Below are positions 12,046 through 21,169 of a DNA stretch of 59,760 nt, one piece after another (position 1 is the stretch's first letter; each line of letters opens with the position of its first letter). Position numbers and translations under genes: made by a program. Origin of the DNA: Tubiluchus corallicola (Eukaryota > Animalia > Priapulida); NCBI GenBank assembly GCA_030141605.1, contig JAQGDQ010001141.1:1-59760 (forward strand), in the 5' to 3' direction. Below the pieces are notes generated by a model that ran no database searches, was not told where the DNA came from, and was given only the letters and a program-made list of their open reading frames with translations.

Positions 12046-15000
12046 TTATTTGTATCCTGCAATAAGTTGTTTTTTATAGTTTAAAATTAACTTTTTGTAG
12101 TTACTGGACTTTAACTGGTCTGGTAATGAATTCCACAGCAAAGATCCTTGGTGTTTTAAAGAATTCTGGCCTTTAGATGTGTTGAATCTTTCAATAAAAT
12201 AAGATTGGGTTGTAGCAAACCTAGTAGAGTGGTGATGCATGTGACATGCTAAAGTATAATAATTGCTGAAGAGATCTGGAAGTGAATTATTTTTGAATTT
12301 ATGTACAAACTTGAGCAATTCTAATTTATACAGATCATGAACTTTTAGTAGATTTAGTTGCAAATACAAAGGTGTTACATGTTCCCTTTTGCTAGTAAAT
12401 GTTGTAAGTTTGATAATCTTGTTTTGTTTAGAAACCAATGATTTTAAGACCGATGCTGAAGCACTACCCCAGGCAAGAATGCCATAACTCAGATATGGCA
12501 TGACAAGAGAAGAATATAAGAGCCGTAGTGCATCTACATTTATGTAGTGTCGTATTCTAGCTAATACTCCACTTAATTTGCTAATTTTGTTGACTATATG
12601 CTGAACATATGTTTTCCAAGTAATTCTACTATCTATAAATATACCAAGATATTTGATTTCTTGTGTAGATTGAATAGTACAACCTCCCATATTTATGTTT
12701 AAACTATTGTTATGTTGCTTGTTTCCAATTAACATATATTTTGTTTTTTTATAGTTTATCGATAGCTTATTTGCTTGCATCCATTTATTAATATTGTCCA
12801 GTTCCACATTTACTGAATGTTCTAATGTTTTGATATTTTGGTGTGATAAAAATAAGTTTGTATCGTCTGCAAACAATCTGGTGTTAAATTGCGAACAAGA
12901 TGGCAGATCGTTAATATATAAAAGAAATAACAATGGACCCAATGTAGAACCCTGTGGGACACCACAGGTTATATCAGCACGTTTAGATTCCGATGAGTCA
13001 ATAGACGTAAACTGTTTCCTATTAGTAAGGTAAGACGTGAAAAGCGCAAGAGGACGTCCCCTGATACCATAGTATGATAACTTATATAACAAAATGTCAT
13101 GTTGCACCGTGTCGAATGCTTTCGATAAATCTAAAAATATAGCACAAGTAGTTTTCCCCTTATCAATATTCGCAAGGAAGTTTTCAATTATTTCTGACAC
13201 AGCTAAAGATGTAGAATGATTTTTTCTGAATCCAAATTGGAATTTAGTTAAAATTTGTTCTTTTAAAAGAAATTTAGCTAGCCTAGAGTAAATTAATTTT
13301 TCAAAAATCTTTGATATGGGAGATAAGAGAGATATTGGCCTATAATTAGTGGGTTTAATGGGGGAATCAGATTTGTAAATCGGGATTATTTTTGCAATTT
13401 TCAACACGTCAGGATAGATACCCTCTTCTACACATTTATTGAACAGCATAGTTAATAATGGAGTAATAATGGACTGTGAAATTTTAAAAAACTGATTCGA
13501 GATGTTTTCGGGTCCTGCTGATTTATTGGTTTTCAATGCAGCAATAGCAGAGGAAACTTCGTACTCGATAATTGGCGCAAAAAAGAAGGAGTTCTGATTA
13601 GGCATTCTAAGGAAAGAATCAAATGTTATTGGAGTAGGTGGTACCTTTTTTACCATATCAGAACCAACCGATGCAAAATAATTATTCATGAATTCACAGA
13701 TAGCAGGGGGTTCCGTAATCTCAGCATGATTTATTACTAGTTTGGTTGGAGTTATGCGCTGCTTGTTTTGTCCATTGATCAAATCATTCAATGTTGCCCA
13801 AGTCTTTCTAATATTAGTTTTATTATCATGTAGCAAAGTACAGTAATAATTTCTTTTGGCTAAATTTATGAGATGATTAAGTTTATTAGAAAATTGTTTA
13901 TATTGATTAATTTTTAAGATACTAGTTGTAGTCTTACAGTCCTTGTATAATCTACTTTTAGTTTTTATTGACACAAGAATACCTTTAGTTAACCATGGCT
14001 TGGAGAAAGTTACTTTTTCAGTTCTTGACAATGTCTTAAGTGGGGCATGTTTATTAAGAACTTCTTGATATATTTGGAAAAAGGTACAGAAGGCAGAATT
14101 AGTTGGCACCTCGGAAAAGTCAACAGCATCGATCTTATTTTGCAAATCCTCCAGAAATAAAATCATGTTAAAATTCCGTTTATCCCTGATTTTAATTTTC
14201 TTTTTAACTATTAAGTTACCAATATTTTTAATAATAGCAAACACTGGTAGATGATCCGACACTTCATAAAGTATAATACCAGATATAATTGGATTAGATA
14301 GATTATTTGTATATATATGGTCAATAAGTGTCTGAGAATGGTGTGTTATTCGAGTTGGTCGTGTTACTAATGGAAAAAACTGATTAGAGTAAAGTAGATT
14401 CAAATAATCTGCAATAAATGTTTTTTCTTCTATTTGCATAAGATTTAGATTAATATCGCCACAGATATAACAAGTCTTTCCTGACTTGTTAATGGCTGAT
14501 AATATAGAGTCCATCTCGCTGTGAAAATGATGGACATTGGTATTTGGGTGTCGATAGATCACTCCAAATGTGATTGGTTTCTTTTTACCAGGTACTTCAA
14601 CATCAAGCCACATATCCTCAACTTGCATACATGATTTTTGAGTAATGCTATTACCATTCTTATTAGTAGTTACTATTTCTGTATCACAATTAATTTTGTT
14701 CTCATCTTTTACTGTATACCTCAAGCCCGATTTAAGATAAATAGCTACGCCACCTGCGCAAGTTTTAGAATCAACATGCAAGAAAGTATAGTTAGGTAAA
14801 CTCGTTATAAAAGATTGATTAATTTCGTTTAATCTTGTTTCCGATATTCCAATAATATCAGGAGGAACAGTAAAGTGCATGAGTACATCTAGCATATTAG
14901 AAAATCTCTTCTGAATACTATTGAGATTAAAATGTACTATTAATAAATCATTGTTAGACTTTTTTAGATCAGAATTTGTCTCTAGTGCATGCAAACTATA

Positions 15001-15240
15001 GTATTTACTATCAAACCTGGTAAGATGTGCATCAGGATCAGCATCATCCCATTTTGGTTTTGCGAGTGAAGGAAAATCAAGTAAAGAAGACAGACAGTAT
15101 ACATTTGTTAGATTTGAAAACAATTCGCATAAATCAGCATCATCAATACACTGAAAAGGCAAAGATTCATTTATACATTTTAAACAAAAGTAATTATCAG
15201 AAGACAGAGCATAGTGATTAAATTCATTCACATTCAGCAT
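12046..15240 (-). CDS. LINE ORF2: APE endonuclease + reverse transcriptase
   Basis: APE motifs ISETRL, IYRHP, CGDIN, TLIDHIY, SDHLP; RT motifs NYRPISLL, FLDLSKAFDTV, GVPQGSTLGPLLFLLYIND, FADDT, YLGI; 1064 aa uninterrupted. Confidence 0.97.
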   Translation of the reverse strand: MLNVNEFNHYALSSDNYFCLKCINESLPFQCIDDADLCELFSNLTNVYCLSSLLDFPSLAKPKWDDADPDAHLTRFDSKYYSLHALETNSDLKKSNNDLLIVHFNLNSIQKRFSNMLDVLMHFTVPPDIIGISETRLNEINQSFITSLPNYTFLHVDSKTCAGGVAIYLKSGLRYTVKDENKINCDTEIVTTNKNGNSITQKSCMQVEDMWLDVEVPGKKKPITFGVIYRHPNTNVHHFHSEMDSILSAINKSGKTCYICGDINLNLMQIEEKTFIADYLNLLYSNQFFPLVTRPTRITHHSQTLIDHIYTNNLSNPIISGIILYEVSDHLPVFAIIKNIGNLIVKKKIKIRDKRNFNMILFLEDLQNKIDAVDFSEVPTNSAFCTFFQIYQEVLNKHAPLKTLSRTEKVTFSKPWLTKGILVSIKTKSRLYKDCKTTTSILKINQYKQFSNKLNHLINLAKRNYYCTLLHDNKTNIRKTWATLNDLINGQNKQRITPTKLVINHAEITEPPAICEFMNNYFASVGSDMVKKVPPTPITFDSFLRMPNQNSFFFAPIIEYEVSSAIAALKTNKSAGPENISNQFFKISQSIITPLLTMLFNKCVEEGIYPDVLKIAKIIPIYKSDSPIKPTNYRPISLLSPISKIFEKLIYSRLAKFLLKEQILTKFQFGFRKNHSTSLAVSEIIENFLANIDKGKTTCAIFLDLSKAFDTVQHDILLYKLSYYGIRGRPLALFTSYLTNRKQFTSIDSSESKRADITCGVPQGSTLGPLLFLLYINDLPSCSQFNTRLFADDTNLFLSHQNIKTLEHSVNVELDNINKWMQANKLSINYKKTKYMLIGNKQHNNSLNINMGGCTIQSTQEIKYLGIFIDSRITWKTYVQHIVNKISKLSGVLARIRHYINVDALRLLYSSLVMPYLSYGILAWGSASASVLKSLVSKQNKIIKLTTFTSKREHVTPLYLQLNLLKVHDLYKLELLKFVHKFKNNSLPDLFSNYYTLACHMHHHSTRFATTQSYFIERFNTSKGQNSLKHQGSLLWNSLPDQLKSSNYKKLILNYKKQLIAGYK

Positions 15241-15260
15241 TCACATTCATGCACATTCAT

Positions 15261-15359
15261 TCACTTGAGGTGTACCCACATGTTACAAACGTCACAACAG
15301 ATACATTTTTGGTTATTTTTACAAGGTTTACAACAGGTTACACATGGAAATTTTTCCAT
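15261..15359 (-). pseudogene. detached N-terminal PHD-finger segment of LINE ORF2
   Basis: MEKFPCVTCCKPCKNNQKCICCDVCNMWVHLK-stop, out of frame with ORF2, whose start carries the final CLKC pair. Confidence 0.8.
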
Positions 15360-15415
15360 TAATTAATTATGCTAGAATATAAATTTTGTGATGCAATAAC
15401 ACCTTGTATTGAGTT

Positions 15416-16285
15416 TTAAAGTTTACCTAGGTCCTCCTCACATTGAATTTCAATGACTTGGCTTGAATCATCTCTTCGCAAGAACATTTTCCCGTATTTT
15501 GCCCAGCAGTACTTCATTTTGTGGTCCTTAGCATAGTCCCTACATTGTTTGTGTAGTTTTCTCCTTGTTGAAGTCAAGGATTCGTTGATGTAGATGCGGT
15601 TATCAGTATACGATGCATAGTCAAGATTTTTAGTGCTTCCGGCATTTCTTCTAGCACCATAAAGTTCATCCCGTTTGTCACGTCTTGCGAATTTTACAAT
15701 AATTCGTGGAGGCCCTCCATTTTTAGGTGCTGCCAATCTATGTGATGTACTAATATCTGGCGGGTGCACTTCCACTCCCATATTTCTGGCTACACTTAGC
15801 ACTATGTCATTTGTAACTTCATGAGGAATTACAGGAATTCCAGCTATCTCCAATGTGTCTCTACGCTCATATTGTTCTAGTTTGTCTAGTTCACTTTCGG
15901 TAGTTTTTATTCTGTTTTGTAATGTTTTAACAGTAGTTTTCAGTACCTTGTTTTCGTCTCTCAAATGTTCCATGTCTTGTTGATATTTGTTCATTTGTTC
16001 TTGAAAACCATCAAATTTGTGGCTTAGAAAATCTTGCGATTTGGTTACCTCAGCAAGTTCTCCCATAAGGTCATCAATCCTCACAACTTTGCTACTAATA
16101 AACGTCAGTTGCTTCTGGAAACCTTCTACAAATTTTTGAATGTCTGAAGTAGGCAGCACTTGTCCAGCTAAATTAGATGCTAAATCCAAGGTTATTTCGG
16201 CTGTATTACAAGCACTCATTTCTCTGTCACCTTGTTGTGTAGGCATCAGCTGCTCAGTTTGCTGACTAATCACTCTCGGATTCAT
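15416..16285 (-). CDS. LINE ORF1 (coiled coil + RRM + CTD type)
   Basis: Coiled coil, then LEQYERRDTLEIAGIP, DISTSHRL, PRIIVKF, IYINESLT and YCWAKYGK. True start uncertain; the ORF-track start at 16399 lies in a different, older LINE fragment. Confidence 0.88.
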   Translation of the reverse strand: MNPRVISQQTEQLMPTQQGDREMSACNTAEITLDLASNLAGQVLPTSDIQKFVEGFQKQLTFISSKVVRIDDLMGELAEVTKSQDFLSHKFDGFQEQMNKYQQDMEHLRDENKVLKTTVKTLQNRIKTTESELDKLEQYERRDTLEIAGIPVIPHEVTNDIVLSVARNMGVEVHPPDISTSHRLAAPKNGGPPRIIVKFARRDKRDELYGARRNAGSTKNLDYASYTDNRIYINESLTSTRRKLHKQCRDYAKDHKMKYCWAKYGKMFLRRDDSSQVIEIQCEEDLGKL

Positions 16286-16349
16286 TTCGACCCGATTTAG
16301 GCATAAATCTTCAGACGTTTTGCTCTGTTGACATTTCACGCTGTTGTAT

Positions 16350-16640
16350 TGTGTGGAAACGTTGATTAGTACGGACTCTGTCCTGACATAAGTTACCATT
16401 TACTGAGGCTCTAGTGTTGTAATTATGAACATCAGATATTTTTGTAAAATAGTTGCCACGTAAATGGGGTAATATTCCCAAGTGGTAGTTATACACGAAT
16501 TTGGCCATTTCTAATTTACAGAAATACTCTAGTTTCAGAAACCTCAGAGCAATATATTAGGGAGTAGCCTGTTGCTTGTAATTAGCAAAAGTCATTACTT
16601 TAATTATTTAGTTTTCTTCAGTAATAACTAAGGGTAAAAA
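16350..16640 (-). mobile_element. older degraded CR1/L2-type ORF2 3' fragment
   Basis: MAKFVYNYHLGILP...YFTKISDVHNYNTRAS...RTN resembles the C-terminal end of CR1/L2 ORF2, equivalent to HHHSTRFA in the adjacent element. Confidence 0.7.
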
Positions 16641-17369
16641 CACTTCTTAATAGATCCGTGGCTGTTTTTTCCTGTAAATACACATTGTAACAAATTTAAT
16701 GAATATTATGTATTAAGTGAAATTTCTCAATGGCCAGCAAGTTAATGAGGCAAAACAATGAAACTTGTAATTGCACTATCTGCGTGCAGTCGCATGTACT
16801 TAGAAAGAAATTATTTAAAAATGTTTGTACAATATATATTGCATTATAGTACATTTGTTGTTTTTTTGTTCTAACTCAATTTTTTTTATAAACTTTACTT
16901 AAACAGCTGGAGTAGCTAAGTTCCACTCACAGGTCATTTTTTCTCATTGCATGGCAATTTAATATTTAATTGCATTTTTTTGCATGTAGTACATCATAAT
17001 AATCTATTGCTAACTTAGCCTTGTTAATAATGCAATGCCGCCAGGGCGGTATGATTGGTCGCTTTACTAGTCAGTTTTTTTCCTCGTATTGCCGACGCCA
17101 TGTGGTTCGGGTTCAATGCCAGGTTGATAAAAAACTTTATAAAGACAGACATGCAGAGATTTGTAGAAATAAATCACTACTAAACTTGTCCTGTACGGGT
17201 GCCATATACATGATGGTTGTGTTTATGAAACAGGTGCCATGACGGTAAAAACAGCCTATTTATTTGCTGAATCAATGAGACCATTCCATATTGACAATTT
17301 TATATCTGGTATGCAAAGCAGGTAAGCAATGTGACTTAATGGATCGAACCATCACAATAATTATAATGG

Positions 17370-17762
17370 TAGGGGTGAAAATAAATGGTGTTTCGATCAT
17401 TACAATTACAATACACCAAAACTCTATCTGTAAACTAAAATAACTGTCTGTAAAAAATTATAGAATCGATAATTCAGCACTTCAGCCACATATGTTCTTT
17501 ATCATTAAAATGTTTGAAACAGTATGCAATTAGCACAATTTAGCTGCAGTTTCTGTGCAAAATTTTTAACAAACTAATATTGGTTTTGCTGCAGAACAAA
17601 ATCAAGTAATTTGCATGGTCTTTTTAAGACCACTTTTTACCAATGGTTCGAAAACTTGTCCGAAAATCAATCTTTCATACTCAATTCAAATTCGATTCGT
17701 ATTCGAAATACTAAAATTCGGTTCGCTCAAATTCGCTGTCTGGCAGAGAATGCTCATTCCTA
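17370..17762. mobile_element. hAT-like MITE (copy 1) just upstream of SF3B4
   Basis: taggggtg...cattccta ends; internal sequence shared with 29167-29485. Confidence 0.6.
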
Positions 17763-17873
17763 ATATTCAGTGAATTGTATTATTTTTTTGCAATGTATAT
17801 GAGCAAATAAATTGAAATGAGTTGAATTCAAATTTGTCATTTTTTCAACACCAGACATTTCGCTAATGCAAGC

Positions 17874-17907
17874 ATGGCGGCCGGTCCAATTACTGAGCGT
17901 AATCAAG
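17874..17907 (+). CDS. SF3B4: splicing factor 3B subunit 4 (SAP49), exon 1
   Basis: MAAGPITERNQ followed by G|gtaaag; the conserved SF3B4 N-terminus. Confidence 0.95.
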
Positions 17908-18599
17908 GTAAAGATAATACACAATTACCTTTGTTTTGATCAAAATAAACTAATTAGTTTTTGTTATTGTGTTAAAGCCGACAGTTTGCTTTATGTAGTG
18001 TGAGCAAAATTGTTGTAACTATTGTTTTACTACTACTACTTGTAAAGAAATGTTTACTCGAACGTATATATAGTCAAATTTGTAAACTCAAAGGAGGCTT
18101 ACCTTACTACTACTGTGTCTTGAAGTCTTGAATAATATACTTCTAAAAGTCTTTGACGACATACTAGAAGTTTGATGATTGAAGTCAGGGTGACCAGCTT
18201 GTGAACATGATTTTTCCCTGACATCCTAACGATAGCCATTTGGGGGTAGTATGGAGGTGAACCGTCCCAGATTCGCCGTGGGTCGGTAAAGTAGCGAGGG
18301 CATCGATTCAATTTAATTCGTTTATTTGTCTCAGTCTTATACTAGTCATTTGCAAGGGAGAAAACGTGAAATGAACGATTAACAGAGGTTTAACTAGAGA
18401 GATAACTATGTTCAAGAAGGACAAAAAGCCTTATAGGGTTCACCCTGTTGATCTAATGTAATTACAGTAATAATCTATGGTTAGCACATATTGTATTATG
18501 GTATGTGCAGTTTCTATGCAATTTGTACACCGAGATAGGGAGGCGAAAAACCGTATGGTTGCCGGGTCGAGCCACCTGTAACTCGAGTATCATCAATAG

Positions 18600-19097
18600 C
18601 ATTGAAATGGTTGGCACTTTTCTGTCTCGGAAGACAATGGAGTGTGCGCCAAGATAGTCAGTTATTGATCACATTGATGGAGCTGCAGCATCAACTGTGG
18701 CTGAGCAGTGCGATCCTTGAACGTCTCCAGGGTGCATGCGTTGCCCAGACAACAGGAACCCCCTCTCTTCCTCCCTGGTGTAGTCCAAAGGAAAGCAGAG
18801 TGATACGTTTGGCACCAGGTTGGCTGCAGAAGTTGCTGGAGTCAGTGAGCATGCTGCACTGGTCCGCCTTCGGAGCTCCACTCCTGCTTTTGGAAGGTTT
18901 ACTCCTCTACACATGGCCTTTGGGTCACTTGACGTCCTCCGCCTAGTTTCGAGATACAGTATGGGCATCCCGCAAGCCTACATCACCTGGTATTCCTAGG
19001 CGGTCACCCATCCAAGTACTAACCAGGCTCTACATTGCTTAACTTTGGTGATCAGACGAGAACTGGTGTTTTTCAACGTGTCTTGGCCGTAGTTTAC
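18600..19097 (-). mobile_element. 5S rRNA-derived SINE (SINE3-like) with RTE-like body and tail
   Basis: Full 5S head followed by ~370 bp with no poly-T terminator; flanked by 10-bp direct repeats tcatcaatag (18590-18599 and 19098-19107). Confidence 0.8.
18974..19094 (-). rRNA. 5S rRNA-like sequence (SINE head, probably not a functional rRNA gene)
   Basis: Minus strand ctacggccaagacacgttgaaaaacaccagttctcgtctgatcaccaaagttaagc...ttagtacttggatgggtgaccgcctaggaataccaggtgatgtaggctt matches animal 5S along its length, with several substitutions. Confidence 0.85.
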
Positions 19098-20101
19098 TCA
19101 TCAATAGTATATTTGATTTTTATAGTGACGGAATGTTAAGACATGAAAATAGATAAAATTGATAAATTATTTATAAATTAATTTAATGAAAAACTGGTTA
19201 TAAAAACAAATTAAATATGAAATGAAAATATGTGTAAAAATTTACTGTGAAAATGTGACAAGCTATAGAATAGAGAAAATCATAACATCATAATATAATA
19301 CAGCTCTTCCCCAAATCATCAAAATGAGAATTAGTTAATAATAAATAATAATGTAATTCTTAACAATCACTAGCCATGCTATATAGCTTACAGTGTGAAA
19401 CTGAACCACGCAAGAGGGAAAAAGACATAGTGACAATCGAACAAGTACAATACTGAAATGCTAAATCCAAAAATAACTTGTATACTAAATACTGAAATAT
19501 CTGATAAGATAAGTATCAATGTCTGATAAGATAAGAAATAAATATATCTTATCTTATCAGACAAAGGAAAAACAAATTTAAATTATCATGAACTAAATAC
19601 TGCTACAATTAAGATTCTAACAGTTAGTATTAGTTTAGGTAACTTTATTCTTTTGCACTTTGCAGCCTGTATTACCTGTATTGACAGCTTCTGTTCACAG
19701 CCAGTGACTTACAAAATTTTAATATTTTGTAGTCTAAAAATCATACAAAAACCTGAGCAATTATTAGAGTTTACCATATTGGTGCTAGCTCACAATTAAA
19801 AAGAATTGCTGTTACTGTATTTTAGTGCTACTCCATTGAATTGATTTTATCGAAAGTCAGTTGCCGATCATGTTCGAGTAAGCACTCTGTCATAACTTAA
19901 CATAATCGATTATTACATATTGCAATAAGTATCAGATTTTGCATGTTTCACCTCTTGTCTTTGCCAGGCTAATTAGTAATTAGCGTAGGACAAAAGACAT
20001 GCAGGTGTGGATTATATTGTCGATTTGTATAAACATGGAAAAACTGTTCAAGTACATGTTTGGTTTACTAAGCAGATATGAATGGGTATCTTCTTATTAC
20101 T

Positions 20102-20159
20102 CAAGGCTGTGGAGTCGGTACATTAAACTCCGGACTCCGACTCCAATTCCACAGCTCTG
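20102..20159. mobile_element. 58-bp miniature hAT-like element
   Basis: Inverted ends caaggctgtggagt / attccacagctctg; imperfect 8-bp TSD ttattact / ttagtaat. Confidence 0.6.
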
Positions 20160-20345
20160 TTAGTAATTTCTAAAAATGATGTCAATAAGTTTTTCAATGC
20201 AGTTATGTAACAAAATTATTCTTTTACTTTCACATTCTGTTCAAGAATGAAAATTTTAATTTTGCAATATAAATTTAGATACAGATTTTTCTGACAGTTT
20301 TGCAATGATAGAAATTGTGATATTTAACAATAAATATTTTTTTAG

Positions 20346-20429
20346 ATGCAACCATCTACGTTGGAGGATTGGATGAGAAAGTCACAGAAGCACTATTATG
20401 GGAGTTGTTTGTACAGTCTGGACCAGTGG
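20346..20429 (+). CDS. SF3B4: SF3B4 exon 2 (RRM1)
   Basis: [28 protein letters not shown]; tttag / gtatgt. Confidence 0.95.
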
Positions 20430-20518
20430 GTATGTACTGTAAAATAGTAAAATCTGGTAAGAGTAATTTTTGTGGGCACCAATCACACTTAGTCATTTTT
20501 CGACAGTGAATACTTTGC

Positions 20519-20812
20519 CAGTGGCACTTTTCAAGCAGGTGCACTTGGGCAGTGGACACTTTTCAAGCAATGGCACTTGGGCAGTGGACACTTTTCAAGC
20601 AATGGCACTTGGGCAGTGGACAATTTTCAAGCAATGGCACTTGGCTAGTGGGTGGACACTTTCAAGCTATGGCACTTGGGTAGTGGGTGGACACTTTCAA
20701 GCAGTGGCACTTGGGCAGTGGGTGGACACTTTCAAGCAGTGGCACTTGAGCAGTGGACACTTTTCAAGCAATGTACACTTAAGTTGCAGACACTTAAGTT
20801 GTAGACACTTAA
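20519..20812. repeat. 31-35-bp intronic minisatellite (gcagtggacacttttcaagcaatggcacttgg)
   Basis: About eight variable units. Confidence 0.9.
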
Positions 20813-20929
20813 GCGGCGCAAGCAGCAAACTTATAGATTTTTATTGGGGTCTTCCATACATTAAGCAAATTTACTTCATGTTTGTTACATTTTCCATAAT
20901 TTGCATCTGATTAGTATTATTTTTTTCAG

Positions 20930-21075
20930 TTAATGTGCACATGCCTAAGGACAGAGTGACTCAATCACATCAGGGATATGGCTTCATTGAGTTTATGGGA
21001 GAAGATGATGCTGACTACAGCATTAAAATAATGAACATGATAAAATTATATGGGAAGCCCATTCGAGTGAACAAG
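20930..21075 (+). CDS. SF3B4: SF3B4 exon 3 (RRM1)
   Basis: [49 protein letters not shown]; ttcag / gtaggt. Confidence 0.97.
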
Positions 21076-21169
21076 GTAGGTGAAAACTGCTCAGTTACTC
21101 TGGAAATGTTTAATACTTTTATGATTAATAATGAGTTTTAACCCTCAGGCATTCATTGATCCATTTGGT

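Larger units (their letters stand above)
11341..16290 (-). mobile_element. near full-length CR1/L2-group LINE (ORF1 + ORF2 + 3' UTR)
   Basis: Two tandem ORFs of LINE type; ~700-bp T-rich 3' UTR ending in aataaataattgaattg. The 5' boundary is approximate. Confidence 0.9.

Noticed and set aside
18225-18310. Possible HDV-like ribozyme (minus strand ggcgaatctgggac)
   Set aside because: The complementary P2 and P1 strands could not be found upstream.
18974-19094. Functional 5S rRNA gene
   Set aside because: No T-run terminator, multiple substitutions, isolated, and embedded in a TSD-flanked unit.
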